A DNA stretch of 64,000 nt from assembly GCA_013416795.1 (NCBI GenBank), contig RQSC01001018.1, positions 1,908 through 65,907 on the forward strand, written 5' to 3'. Below are positions 32,194-46,900 of this stretch, piece after piece. A program made the translations under genes and the position numbers. The DNA is from Prasinococcaceae sp. CCMP 1430. Lineage: Eukaryota; Plantae; Prasinodermophyta. Within the stretch, counting starts at the first letter, position 1. Every line of letters begins with the position of its first letter. The notes below the pieces were generated by a model. It did no database searches. It was given only the letters and a program-made list of their open reading frames with translations, and was not told the DNA's origin.

Positions 32194-32935
32194 CGCCGGC
32201 GCGCGCGCCTACGCGGCCGCGGCGGACGGTGCCCTCGGGCCCACGGCCAACTCGAGCAACGCCGCGGGAGACCTCCGCGGCACGAGCGGCGTGGGGCTGG
32301 GCGACGGCATCAGCGCGCACACGGACAAATGGATGACGGTGCGTGCTTTGAGGGAGGTCGGGCCGCCATCGGCACGGGTGGGGTGGCCGCGCGATGCGCG
32401 CGCTGTGCGGACTGCTTCCCCCGCGGCCGGCCTGCAGCCGCCCAGACTCGTTTCCGACCCCTAAATGCGCACGTTTGCGGACGTGCGGCCTGCTGGGGGG
32501 GCGAGGGGGAGGGGAGCGTGGCAAGCGCCCCCCTGTCTCCCTCCCGCTGCCCGCGCGTCGCGTCGCGTGCTCGCGCCCTTCGGGATGGCTTTTGAACGCC
32601 CGCCGCGCGAGTGCTGTTGCGAGATCGCCGCCTGTCGGGAAGCTCAGGGAGCCGAAGTCGCGACGCTGCATGCGCTGACGTGCGCGCGCTCGCCCGATAT
32701 GCCCTGCGCTGCCCGCTCGCGCGGCGTGCAGCCCGGGACCGGCAAGAAGAGCCCGATGGAGCTCATTGCTGAGGTTGCCCCCATCGGGGTCGAAGAGGAT
32801 GTTGCTGTCTGCTACGGGCACGAGGACCCCGTGCTCGGACACCCGGTCGAGTTCATCAAGGTGTCCACGGCCACCAAGGAGAACCCCGCCGTTTGCAAGT
32901 ACTGCGGGCTGCGCTACTACCAGCTGCATCACTGA
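32192..32935 (+). CDS. NDUFS6: Complex I zinc-finger subunit NDUFS6 (13 kDa-A); intron 32339-32731; N-terminus missing
   Basis: GLGDGISAHTDKWMT|PGTGKKSPMELIAEVAPI...CYGHEDPVLGHPVEFI...AVCKYCGLRYYQ matches the plant/algal zf-CHCC subunit. Confidence 0.88.
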
Positions 32936-33152
32936 CAGACGTCCCGAACTGGGGACACGGCAGGCACGGGGAGTGCTGGGGGGGGCGGTCATGCGCAGGA
33001 GAAGCCACGCACTTCGTCGGCCCGCGCACGCAGCCGGCGGTTGCGTGCTCGCGCACACTCGCATGGCCGGGTCCCTGCTCCTCAAGTCGCTGTATTTTTT
33101 GACTCCACGCACAGATTGACGCGGCGCGCGACTGCTGCGCGCGCGCACGCGC

Positions 33153-33958
33153 CTACAAAGCGCCGTCGAGCTGCCGCAGGAACTCCTCCTCGGAGAAAGC
33201 TAGCCGCCTGCTCGCCTCGATATGGAGCTTCTGCCTCTTGAGCACGTCGACGAGCTTGGCCTGCTTCTTGAAGGCCACCGCGAGCTCCGAACGCTGGCGC
33301 TCGAGGCGCTTCACCTCCTGCGTGAGCGCCGCCGCGTCTTTGCTGGCGACTTGCCTGTTCTCACGCTGGCTGGCGTTGACCTCCTCCAAAACCTTCTTGT
33401 ACTTCTCGACCTCCTCGAGCGCACGGTTGAGGCGTACGTTGCGGCTGCGACCGTCCGTTTCGGCCTGGCGGCGCTCCTTTGCGGCACGCGCAGCTTCGGA
33501 CTCGAGCTCGGCCACGCGCGTGCTCTTAGCGTCGAGCTGCGCCTTGAGACTGTCGTTCGAGCGCATGCGCTGCACCGAAACACGGGTGCGGCCGGCGCGG
33601 CACAGGCGCAACGAGGCGTCACCTCCAGTCAGCGCTTAAGAGCACCCCTCGCAGCCCTGCGGCCGTGCGCAAGCTCATCCCGCTCACGCATTCGCGGCCG
33701 CAGGCGCTCACTCACCTTCTCCAGCGCAGCCTCCGCCTTGGCCAGCGCCTTCTGCATGGCCAGCTTCTCCGCGAGCAGCTCCTTGACCTCGAACTCAGCG
33801 GTGAGCAGCGCAGCGGCACGCTCGGCGCTCTCCTCGGCGCTCGTCGCAAGCTCGCCCTCGAGCGCGATGATGCGCGCGCGCTGCAGGCGGATCTGCGCCT
33901 GCGACCCGATGTCATCACCGCCTCCCGACGCGTACTCCTGCGCCGACGGGCTGCCCAT
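33153..33958 (-). CDS. TEX9: TEX9-like coiled-coil protein (intron 33715-33570)
   Basis: [13 protein letters not shown] and [32 protein letters not shown] match the conserved TEX9 segments. Confidence 0.8.
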
Positions 33959-34582
33959 CCTCCTCAATACGCCGCTCCCCTCCTACAACCCACCCGCAAG
34001 GTAGCGGCGAGGCTCGGTGCGCCGGCGCGCCAGCAGCACCGCCCGCGCCCCCGCTGCGCGCGGCGGGGAGGGACAGATCCTTCCCAGAGGCTCGTATCCG
34101 CGCACCCGGCAAAACCGCCTCCCCCCGCCCCCCGCGCGCTGCCCTCGCGTGTGCGCACGCTCCCCTCCCCTCCCCCCCGCTCTCTCCCGGGGCGCGCGCG
34201 CTGTGGCGCGGCGGTGCCCGCGCGCCCGCTCGCGTTTTAAAAAAAAACGCCAGGCCTTTTTTCGAAATTCTCTTCTGCGTTTTCCATCGTCGATGCACTC
34301 ATTCACATATCAGCAATACGACATGGAACGACGGGATCCGAATTGGGATGACTATTGGAGATACTGCACTCTGGGTTAGGTTTAGGGTGGTATTTGGGGT
34401 TATTTGTTTAAGGGTTATCATATTTATATCAAAACGCACCTGATCGATTCGGAGGCCGCACGCGCAGGTCAGAACGAGAGGGGCCACTCCGCGCGCGCGC
34501 GACGGCCACGGCGCCGCTCCCCCTCCCCCCCTCCCTCCGTTGCCCTTCCTTCCCTCCGTCTCCCCCTCCCCCGCCGGGCGCG

Positions 34583-35471
34583 ATGGGCGACTTCAACGCG
34601 GTCTCCGAGGCTTTCGTCAACCACTACTACAACACCTTCGACACCAACCGCGCGGGCCTCGCGTCGCTCTACCAGGACACGAGCATGCTCACCTTCGAGG
34701 GCCAGCAGTTCCAGGTGCGGCCGCGCGCGCTGCGGGGCGACGGCGCGGTGAGGCTCCGCATGGACGGACCCAGCGCGGCGGGGCTATCGGGGGCGCCTGC
34801 GCGCACATCCTGGCAGGTCTCGCTGCTGCGCGCCTGGCCGCCCGCGTGCGCCTATTCTGCCGGCGTCTGCCAGCCGCCGGCCCCGCTCCGCCCTGACGGT
34901 GCTCCGCGCGCCGTGCCCGGCATCCCTGTCCCGCACACGTACGCACCCCAACGCCCCAACGCATCGCCGCGCGCGCGCAGGGCGCCACCTCCATCGTGGA
35001 GAAGCTCCAGAGCCTCGCTTTCGACGCGTGCAAGCACACCGTTACCACCCGCGATGCGCAGCCGGTCATGACGGGCCAGACGATGAGCATCATCGTTTTC
35101 GTCTCGGGCACCATCGCGCTACCAAACGAGGAGAGGCCTCTCAAGTTCTCGCAGGTGCGCCCGCTTCGCCAGCACGCCCGGTGTGCGCGTGCGCTCGCAC
35201 AAGTGCGCTTCGATGCCCGCTCGGATGTCTGCGGGCAGACGCAGCTCGGTCGAGCGCGGATCGGGGGGGTCGTGCCTCCCGTTCATCGGTTGCTTTGCCA
35301 GCGTGTAGTAGAGGACGGCGGCGCCAATGTGCCCGCACCCGCCTGGGTACAAGCTGACGCTCTCCCGCGCGCGCGTACGTGATGTCGCCCTCATCGTTGC
35401 AGGTGTTCCACCTATGCCAAACGGCGCAGCAGAGCTGGTTCGTGTACAACGACATGTTCCGCCTCAACTAG
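34583..35471 (+). CDS. NTF2: Nuclear transport factor 2 (exons 34583-34714, 34981-35154, 35403-35471)
   Basis: AFVNHYYNTFDTNR...SMLTFEGQQFQ|GATSIVEKL...LKFSQ|VFHL...VYNDMFRLN. Confidence 0.93.
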
Positions 35472-36025
35472 TACGTTTCGCGCCCGACGCTGCGTGCTGC
35501 ACTCGGACCTGTACTTGCGCGCACTCAGGAGTCGGTGCACGCGTGCATGGGAGCGCGCCCAATTCCTCGACCTTCGACAGGAGCAACGAGTGCTTCGTGT
35601 GCGAAGATCGAATGCCGATCGTGGGCCGAGAGGCGCCCCCCTACGCGAGCTGACACGGCGCCCCACGCTGGCAACCCTGCCACAACAAACAGCGCGTGAG
35701 CACAAGGCCTGGCACGGTGCTCGCGACCAACGATGCACACTCATGGCGTAACTATCGCAACGCGCTCAGAGTGCGTGCGCCTGTCGCTGCGCTCGTCGCT
35801 CACCATGCGCTCTCACGCGCCAACGGTGCTGAGCGAGTCGCATGGATGCTCGCGACAGGCGCGAGTCTCGCAGCGGCCGTGCCGAGTAAATGCATTCACC
35901 GTAGTCACGGTTGTCGTAGCGTACGCGTGTACACAACTACTAGTCTACACATATATAAACATTACAGCAGAGCGGAGCGCTGCGGCGACCTCTACGCGGT
36001 CACTCTGCGACCGCGGCTGCGACCT

Positions 36026-37067
36026 CTAGTCGATCAGCTCGACGTCGTCGCCGGTGCTTACCACGCCCTTTTGCACGACGGTACAGTACAGCCCCAGGTA
36101 CGAGCCCCGCGTCCGCAGCGGCGCGCTCTCCCGACCGAAGATTGAGGCCTCCAGATGCGGCAGTTTCTCACGGATGGACACGTCTGAGCGCGGCAGCAGG
36201 TCAGAGACAGGGACTCGCACTCTCTGCTGCGCCATCCATTCACTCGTATGCACCCCCTCTCTCTCTTTTGCGCGCGCGGCCGCTTTCCGTACAACAAAGC
36301 ACACATGACACGCACTCACCTGGGCGTAATGGCGTCCTCTCGCCGCTGTCTGGATCGACGCGAGTGACCGGACACCTCACGGTGGGCTCGTTCACCCTGA
36401 TGACACACCTCGGCCCCAGCGCCAGGTACCTGCCGCACAAGTCGAAGTTAAAGGGGTCTGCACATTCGCCGTCCTGCGTGCCACTCAGCAAGATGTTGGG
36501 CCGGAATCGCCGCCAGTCGAGCTCCGGCTCGCCAAGGGCCTCGCCAGCCGCTCGAACGCTCTCGGCACTCACAACGTGCAGCACGTGCTCGCCCGGTCGG
36601 CCGCCAACATTGGCAAACGATGCGCCGGGCGCCTCCACCAGCTTCGGCCGCGCCACCTGGAGCGCCGACGCGAAGAACTCTTCCACATCTCGACGCCCGT
36701 CCGCCGTGGAGGTGTCCGCTCGGACCTGTGACTCCCCAGCACCCCTGCGGCGCACCGTGAGCACGTCGTCCTTGACGAGACACTCGAAGGCCGACAGCAG
36801 CGGGTCAGTTATGCCCTGGTGGAAGAGGTGCTTGTTGGAGTGGTGCCCGGGATCCTTGCCGTCCCGCCCCGCGAGCAGCGCGTCGGCCGCGGCAGCCGGC
36901 GAGGCATGCGCCAGCCAGTTTTCGACGTTTTCGGCGCGCAGCAGCGCGAATCGCCGATCGCCCGGCGCCGACGCCCCCGGCAGCAGCTCGCAGCGCTCGA
37001 GCGCCGCGCCCGCCAGCCCCTTGACGGGGTACGTCGCGAGCCGCGCCACGCGGCCAAGTCGGGGCAC
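36026..37067 (-). CDS. MOSC-domain protein (mARC/YcbX-like); one intron near 36225-36320; ATG not found
   Basis: TYPVKG, GDRRFAL, RFRPNILL, RCPVTRVDPDSG. The last exon has LGLYCTVVQKGVVSTGDDV. Confidence 0.85.
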
Positions 37068-37619
37068 GCCGCGGCGGCGCGCGCGCTCTGGCGCCGCGCA
37101 GCGGCCCCCGCCACCGCTCCCCTTTTTTTTTGTTTTTAGCGCTTTTTTACAGCAGAAGTGATTTTGATATTGATTGTGCGTTTGCGTTTTTCCGTTTCTT
37201 TGTGTTTGCGTGGGGGCGTGACTCGCGCGTGTTTCGAGGTGTTTTGATTTTGATTTTGATTTTAAAACGCACCTTTTTCCCTTTTTCGCGCGCGGGGGGG
37301 CGCGCGACCCGCGTGCGTTTCGGGCAGCGTCCCGGCGCGCGATTTCGTTTTCGGCGGGATTTTGTTCGTCCCAACCGTTTTTGTTTTTGGTTTAGCGTGT
37401 GCTCTCTCGTCTGTGCCTGTGCGTGTTGGTGTGACTGCAGGCGTTTTGAGCTGTTTTCCACCGAGGGAAAACAAAAACAAAAACAAAAAAGGCGGCGTTT
37501 ATCCACTGCGCGCGCGGTGGAGCGCGAGGCACACGGCGTGCCCTCGGCGCGGCCTCGCTCGCTTTACCTCCCCCTTCCCCCTCCCCCCCCCTCTCCGCGC
37601 CCCCGTTCCGCCCCGCGCG

Positions 37620-38700
37620 ATGTCCCTCGCCAGGGTTGCCGCCCGCGCGGCCGCGCGCGGACTCGCGCTCGCCGCCGCCGCGCCCGCGGGCGAGCGCGCG
37701 TACGCGACCGTGCTCGAGGGGCTCAAGTACGCCGAGTCGCACGAGTGGGTCAAGGTGGAGGGGGACACCGCCACCATCGGCATCTCGGACTTCGCGCAGG
37801 TGCGTGGCGGGTGGGATGGGGGTCAGAGACGACCCGCGCCCGGGCGTTTGGGCGCGCCGGCGCGCACGCGCGCGCACGCGAGTGCGACCCGCGCTGCGAC
37901 GAAGAGGGCGCAGCGCCAGCGCGAGAGCCAGCAGGGAGAGGCAGCGTAGCGCGTGCGGCCGTTTGGCACCCACGCGTCCGGATCGCGCGCGCGCGTCACC
38001 CCGCCACTCCCTCGGCGCATGCCGTATGGGGCGGCGTGCCTCGTCGCTCTCGTATGAGCAATACGGGGACTTTGGGGTGGGCGGGGCGCGCGGCGGGCTC
38101 CTTGGCTGCCCTACTCGCGGCGCTCCACGCGGACGGGGCGGAGGCATCCCACACCAAGCGGCACGCCATGCCGCGCCGCATGGCGCCTCGGTCGTGCGCG
38201 CGGTGTCGATCTCCCCCACCAACACCCACCACCACCCCTTCGTTCGCGCTGCCGCTGCTGACGCCGCCCCTGTCGGTCCTGCGAACCCGTTCGCGCGCGC
38301 CCTACCGCTCTTGCTGACGCGCGTCGGTCTCATCTGCTACGCTCTCTCATCCTCTTTCGCCTCCGTCTCCCCCTTCCCCCGCCCATTGCCCCGGCCGTTT
38401 GTGCGCGCCTTGCAGGAGGAGCTCGGCGACGTCGTGTACGTGGAGCTTCCCGAGGAGGGTGCCGAGTTCGAGAAGGGCGACTCCTTCGCGACCATCGAGT
38501 CGGTGAAGGCCGCGTCAGACGTGTACATGCCCGTGTCCGGCACTGTGGTGACCGTGAACAGCTCCCTGGCGGACGAGCCCTCCAAGGTCAACGAGGACTC
38601 GTACGCTGAGGGCTGGCTGGTGAAGCTCAAGCTCGCCAACCCGGCGGAGGTCGAGGAGATGATGGACGCGGCCGCATACACCGCCTCGACGGAGTCGTAG
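37620..38700 (+). CDS. GCSH: Glycine cleavage system H protein, mitochondrial (intron 37800-38415)
   Basis: [24 protein letters not shown]|[23 protein letters not shown] (lipoyl-Lys). Ala/Arg-rich presequence. Confidence 0.97.
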
Positions 38701-39138
38701 GCTGCGGCCGCCTCACCTGCCCCCGGGGCGGCGCGCGCCAGCCCTCGTTGCACCGCTGGGTGCCGTTGAGGAGATGGCTGTGGCCATGCAGGCGGGGGTG
38801 GTGCAGGGAGATGCGATGCCCCCTCGCTCCTCGCGCCGCGCCTCGCGCGCGTTGGGCGTGCCGTGCGCTCTTGCACGGATGCACTATCATGTGACTTTTA
38901 TAGCACCAGGTACTGCTGGTGTCGAGAGCGGCCGCACGTGCGTTCGCGGGCCGCACGTCCCGTGCCGCCTCCGCGCACGCCAACCTTTGCCTGTGCGTGT
39001 TTGTGTGTGTTTGTGTGTGTTTGTGTGTGTGTGTGCGAGCGCGCGCACGCGCGTGTGTATGTATGTGTGCGCTCGCTCGCATGTGCATGTGCTCGTGCAC
39101 ACGTGTTCGCATCCAGCACGCGCACACGCCTGCATTTC

Positions 39139-40654
39139 TCATGCGCGCGCTGCGTGGGCTGCCACGAGCATCTCTTGCGCTGCGGCGTACGCCTCGTGCG
39201 CTGCACGGACAACTGCGCGCCTCCCGACGACCAATGTTGAGCCTGCAGCTGGCAGCGCGTCCGCGACCTTTGGCGCGAGCTCCACGCCGAGCCGGCGCAG
39301 CTGCCCGTACGCCCACGCCGAGCCGAGGATCGAGTCGCTCCACGCGACGAGCCAGCACAGCGCGACGGCAAGCGCCATGCGCCACTGGCAAGGCAAGGTG
39401 TAGAGCCACGGCAGCCACGCGCTACGAGGTCAGAGTGGGCGGGGTGTCTCTCTGTTCGTGCGTGCGTGTGGGTGTGCGTGTGCATGTGTGTGCGTGTGGG
39501 TGTGGGTGTGCGTGTGCGAACCCGACATTCGCACGTGTGCGCGCTCGCGCTCGCGCGCATCTGCGCCCGCACCTCGCCCCCGGGCCTGGTCTCATCCACC
39601 CACGCTGCGTGCCCCTGGAACATGGCCTCCTCCTCGCCCTCGTCGAGCACGCCATCGCTCACCGTCCAGTCCCTGGCGCGCTTGTCGCTGAGGCCGTTGT
39701 GGTGCATGTTCTGACGCACGAAGCGCGCGCGCTCGTGGACCGATGAGGCCTTGTGCGTGGCGCGCGGCGCCCGCTGCGGAGCGTCCCGCTTCCAGCCATC
39801 GGCCGCCGCCGCGGGCTGCGACGCGCCCTCGCTGCCGCCGTGGGGCACCATCGCGCCCGCCCGCCTCCTCGCACAACACGCCGCGTAGCCCCCACTATGG
39901 CGGCACTGGCGCCCTGCGGCCGGGGTGGTGCGTTGCGCGGCCTCGCGGCGATCATTTTGGGCTTGAACGTGCACTCCGCGACAGCCTCGGCCGCGGCCTC
40001 GGCGCGCAGCGCCTTCGTCTTGGCCTCAGCACGCGCACGCCATCCCCCCGTGCGCTCCCACACAGCCTCAGCGCGCCACGACCCAATCTCATCGCCGTGT
40101 GCGGCCTTGTCGGTGATGACAGGCGCAAAGGTGCACTCGCGGACCTCGTCGGCAGCCTCCTGCGCCGCGTACTCGGCGCGAATCGCCTCCGCGCGCTCGT
40201 GGAACAGGTCCACGTCGACGCCCTGCGCGGCGAGCCTACGGCTACGAGCGTTGATTGTCGGCTGGAATGGTTTGGACCCGCGCGGCCGCGCCGCGTGCTC
40301 TTCGTTTGCAGACGGCGCTCCTGCCGCGCGTGCCTTCGTGGCGCCGCGCACTGCGTTGGGCTTTGCCCCGTTGGCACTGGCGAGGCGGCGCAGGGCTCGA
40401 TCGGCCGTGCGCTTGGGTCGCATGGCGGGAGTCGACGCCGCGCGCAGCGCGTCATCGCGAGCCGCAGACGGTGCGGCGGTCCCGTCAGACGTGCCCACGC
40501 GCGCGCGCTCGCGGCGCGCGAGACTTTCCTCCCGTGGTGCCAGCGCCAGCGCCACCGCCGCTGCGAGCGCTGGCGGCGGCCGTGCCGCCACGCGGCACGC
40601 GGGGTCCGCGCGCGAGCCGTCCGCCATCTCACGCTGGAGCATCGTCGCCGGCAT
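39139..40654 (-). CDS. Uncharacterised protein with repeated (EC)TF/FxPxI motifs; exon structure unresolved
   Basis: ATG at 40654; motifs PFQPTINARSRRLA, ECTFAPVI and ECTFKPKM. The frame changes near 39900. A GTGCGG donor lies at 39572 and a possible hydrophobic exon at 39139-39420. Confidence 0.45.
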
Positions 40655-41155
40655 GGCCGTGCGCTCTCGCTCCCTCGCTTGCTAACACACGCCTTCGCTC
40701 GCTCGCTCCCACGCCCCCCCCCCTTCCCCTGCGCGCACGAGCGCGCGAGCGCGAACGCGCGCCCTGTGACGGCGCCGCGCGAGCGGGGCCCGCCGCCCCG
40801 CCCCGCCCACGCGCGCGCGCGCGCGCGCGCCGTCGGGGAACAACGAAACTCACCATCAAAACGCATGCGGGTCGCGCAGGCCCCTGCAACGTTCGGAAAT
40901 CTCCCCTTTCCTTTTTTTCTTTTTCCGTNCGCGGGCGCCGCGCGCGCCGCCATCGCCCCCGCCGCGCACAAAAAAAAGGAGGGGGCCGGGCCAGGCGCAG
41001 GGCCGCGCCGGCGGGGCCTCCGCCGCGCACGGCGACACACACACACACACACACACACCTCCCCCCGCCGCGGGGCTCACCTCCTCTGGCACACACACAC
41101 ACACACAGCGCACACTCCACGCAGCTGCAGCGCGCGCGCGCGCGCTTGCGCGCCC

Positions 41156-41380
41156 CGCCCAGGTCTAACAGATGCATTGAACGGGGTAAGTCGCGCGCGA
41201 GCGGGGATGACCCGGGTCTACTCGAGGCGTGACCGGGGATCACACCCGGTTCGACCGCGCGTGTTTCATGCGTCTCGCCCAGGTCTAAGAGTTGCGATGA
41301 ACGGGGTAAGTCGCGCGAGAGCGGGGATGACCCGGGTCTACTCGCGGCGTGACCGGGGGTCACACCCGGTTCGTACCGCG
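41156..41380. repeat. Two tandem copies of a ~104-bp palindrome-rich element (period 120 bp)
   Basis: Copies start at 41156 and 41276 (CGCCCAGGTCTAA...). They differ by 7 substitutions and 1 indel by manual alignment. Confidence 0.92.
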
Positions 41381-41605
41381 TGCGGGCGCCCCCCGAATTT
41401 TGGTCGGGTCGGATCGCCCTGGCGATGCGCGCGCGCGTTGGACCCAAACCCACCTTTTCGGAAAACTGCGTATTTACATGTATTTTGATTTATCTGACAG
41501 ACCCTTTTAGTGGATTGACCGTAATTGACCGTAAATGTGCGTAGGAACTGTGATACATCAGTGTGTGTGTGGCGCGCCCGCGCGACACACCGCGTGCGGC
41601 ACGCG

Positions 41606-41654
<49 letters not shown>
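41606..41654 (+). repeat. Poly(C) tract of about 49 nt upstream of CTP synthase
   Basis: Directly visible. Confidence 0.9.
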
Positions 41655-41657
<3 letters not shown>

Positions 41658-41691
41658 TTGAGGCCCCGCCCGGCGCGCCCTCGCGATCGTG

Positions 41692-43796
<2,105 letters not shown>

Positions 43797-43992
43797 GGTC
43801 GCGATGGGGCGCTGGGCTGGCTGGGGGCGGCGGGTAGGAGGGGGAGGCGGACGGGCGGGCGCGCCGCCGGGCGCGCCGTGGACTCTCTCCCCGCCGGGGG
43901 CGGGCGATGTTGATTAATGACTAGGACTTGTACAGCGGGCGCCCCCGACCCGCGCACGTGCGCGAGCATGCGTGCGCTCGTGCGTTCGTGCT

Positions 43993-44367
43993 CTACGTGC
44001 CCCCGGCTTTGGGCGCCGCAGCGCTCTTGAGCTCCCGTATCTTCCTCTCGGTCTCCATCCGCTTGCGCCTCTCGTCGGCGAGCGAGCGCTCGAGCATGGC
44101 GAGCCGCGCGACGGCCTCGGCGGGCCCCAGGCTGCTGCCGCCACGCGCTGCTGCGCGTTCGGTGACGGCCGTTGCCGGGTAGGTTGTCACCGTCGACGCC
44201 GGCGGCGCGTCCCATCTGCCGTCGGCGTTGCGCGGCGCGAAGCCCGGCACGCCCCACACGGACGACGCGGCCGTCCGCGCCTTCGCGCCGCTGGCGGCGC
44301 TCGCGAGCGACGCGGACGCGGCGTGTGCTGCACGGCGCGGCCGCTCGGAGCGGCCCCGCGCCCGCAC
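43993..44367 (-). CDS. Possible small coiled-coil protein or terminal exon
   Basis: LAMLERSLADERRKRMETERKIRELK looks like a real coiled coil. No ATG was found. Confidence 0.35.
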   Translation of the reverse strand: MRARGRSERPRRAAHAASASLASAASGAKARTAASSVWGVPGFAPRNADGRWDAPPASTVTTYPATAVTERAAARGGSSLGPAEAVARLAMLERSLADERRKRMETERKIRELKSAAAPKAGGT

Positions 44368-45871
44368 GCCCGAGCGCGCCCGATCGGGGGGGGAACGCGC
44401 GCACCGGCGGAGCGGATCCCAACCCTAACCTCCCCACGCCAACATTTACGGTTTTCAACCGCGGTCACGTACGCAGGGTCTAATTTGAACTGACCATCAA
44501 AAAGCTGCGGTTCATGCCCGGGGCCTCACCCGTCGACCGCACCGGGGTCGACCTTGTGTCGAACCCGAACAGTTCGCCCACACCTCGGGTACGTTCGCGG
44601 CACGTCGTGGCACTCACCCGAACTGACTCTCATCATTCCGTGCGTGCACGCAAGGGTCCGTCAGTCACTATGCTAAAAGCTACGGTAGATCAAAGCTCGT
44701 GTGAAAACGTGAAATTTACTCGGAATTGTACGGGAGAAATTGCGGGCGAAAATGCGGCGCCGCGCATGTGAATTGATATGAGATCCAGCCACCGGGGGGG
44801 AAAAAAACGCGCTTTTTTTTGTTCCAGCATAGCATAGAAAGTGTGCTCGCCTGCCTCCGCGCCTGGCTGTGCCCGCCTGGCTGGCTGCGGAGCCGCAACG
44901 GTCGCCTCGAGCTCGCCGGGCGGTGGGCTCGCACCGGCCGGCTGACGCGGCCGTTGATCCGCGCGGCCACGTGTGCGCAGGCCGGCTGGCGCCTGGCGTG
45001 CGTGTGCAGCTGCGTGGCCGGCACGTGTCCGAAAAAGCGAGCGAAAGGAGGGTGCGGGCGTTTCCCTTTTGAATTTCGTGCGGGAGAATTCGATTATTTT
45101 TTGGAATGGAGGTTGAATTTTGGGCTCATCCGCGGGAAATGAATGCGGTGTTTCGAGACCGTGAAAACGGCAGGAGGCGAAAACGAAAACGGCCGGTCGG
45201 TGGCGGTGGGGAATTTTTATTTAAAAAAAAAAAAACGCCGCATTTTGGGACGTTTTCATTCAAATGCGATTTTACGCGGTTCGAAATGCCGCGCGGAGGC
45301 GCGCCATCGCGCATCGAATGACCTGACTTCGCGGCCGTTGCTGCGCGCCCAAATCCGATTCCGTCGCTCCGCCGAAAATCGAACGTTTGCGCGTCGCGCG
45401 TGTTTTTTTTTTTTCAGAGGCCCAATTTTTTTTCAATTTTCCGGCGCATGCGGCGCGAAAAGGGGGGCGTCGCCCCATCGTTTTCTTCTCGTCCCTTTCG
45501 ATACGGGCTCTTCGCCGCTCGCGTCCTCGTCGGTTCATTTTGATCCGAATTCGCGGGTGCGACGACGCGCGAAAACGACGCTCCCGCGGGTACGTTTATC
45601 GACACACAACCTTCGAATCCAAAGCCTCGAGGGGATCCCACCCCGTCCCAAACTTTTCAAAAGCCGGACTCAAAGGTGTGCGTTCCGCGTTTTTTTTTCC
45701 TGGGGGGACAATTTTTTTTTCGGTTGCGGGCGCGCGCGGCGCGTGCGCGCGGCGCGCGAAAAGCGGGGGCGTTTGCGCCCCTGGCGTTTGAAAACGCGCG
45801 CGCGTTCGGCGCCATCAAAACGCATGCGAACGCGCGCCCTCCGCGCGGCCGCGCGCGGCCTCTGCGCGTTT

Positions 45872-45929
45872 NNNNNNNNNNNNNNNNNNNNNNNNNNNNN
45901 NNNNNNNNNNNNNNNNNNNNNNNNNNNNN
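45872..45929. other. Assembly gap (58 N), likely hiding the first RNR2 exon
   Basis: N run followed by intron-like sequence ending ACAG at 46034. Other Ns occur at 7025-7032, 22435, 40929 and 41920. Confidence 0.9.
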
Positions 45930-46034
45930 GCCGCCCAGCGCTGCCCCGCGCCGCGCTGCGGGCGTCCGCCGCTGACGTCGAGCGCGCCGCCCACGCGACC
46001 CTTCCCCCGCTCTGCGCGCGGCCCCGACGCACAG

Positions 46035-46900
46035 CCGAGGAGGTTGACCTCTCGTCCGACATGAAGCACTGGGAGACCCTCAACGACGGCGAGAAGCACT
46101 TCATCAAGCACGTCCTCGCGTTCTTCGCGGCGTCGGACGGCATCGTGCTCGAGAACCTCTCGGAGCGCTTCATGGGCGATGTGCAGCTGCCCGAGGCGCG
46201 CGCGTTCTACGGCTTCCAGATCGCCATCGAGAACATCCACAGCGAGATGTACTCGCTGCTGCTGGACAACTACATCAAGGACCCGCAGGAGAAGGCGCGG
46301 CTGTTCCAGGCCATCGACACCATTCCGACCGTGCAGAAGAAGGCCGACTGGGCGCTCAGGTGGATCGGCTCCAAGAGCTGCTTCGCCGAGCGCCTGGTGG
46401 CGTTCGCGTGTGTCGAGGGCATCTTCTTCTCGGGCAGCTTCTGCGCCATCTACTGGCTCAAGAAGCGCGGCCTCATGCCGGGGCTCACCTTCTCCAACGA
46501 GCTCATCAGCCGCGACGAGGGCCTGCATTGTGACTTCGCCTGCCTGCTGTACTCGCTGCTGGAGAACAAGCTCACCGAGGCCACCGTGAACGAGATCGTG
46601 GCCGAGGCCGTCGCCCTCGAGCAGGAGTTCGTCTGCGACGCGCTGCCGGTGTCCCTCGTGGGCATGAACGATACGCTCATGAGGGAGTACATCTCCTTCT
46701 GCGCTGACAGGCTGCTCGTGGCGCTCGGCTACCCGAAGGTGTGGAACTCGACGAACCCCTTCGAGTTCATGGAGCTGATCTCGCTGCAGGGCAAGACCAA
46801 CTTCTTCGAGAAGAGGGTGGGCGAATACCAGAAGGCCGGCGTCATGGGCGGCGCCGAGGGCGCCGCCATGCACTCCTTCTCCCTTGACGAGGACTTCTAA
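46035..46900 (+). CDS. RNR2: Ribonucleotide reductase class Ia small subunit (R2); 5' exon missing
   Basis: [63 protein letters not shown]-terminal LDEDF. Confidence 0.97.

Noticed and set aside
32104-32595. Poly-Phe ORFs
   Set aside because: Translation of the poly(T) tract.
41156-41380. CRISPR array or box C/D snoRNA interpretation of the tandem repeat
   Set aside because: There are only two long units with no unique spacers and no cas genes in this eukaryotic context; no convincing C/D box pair.
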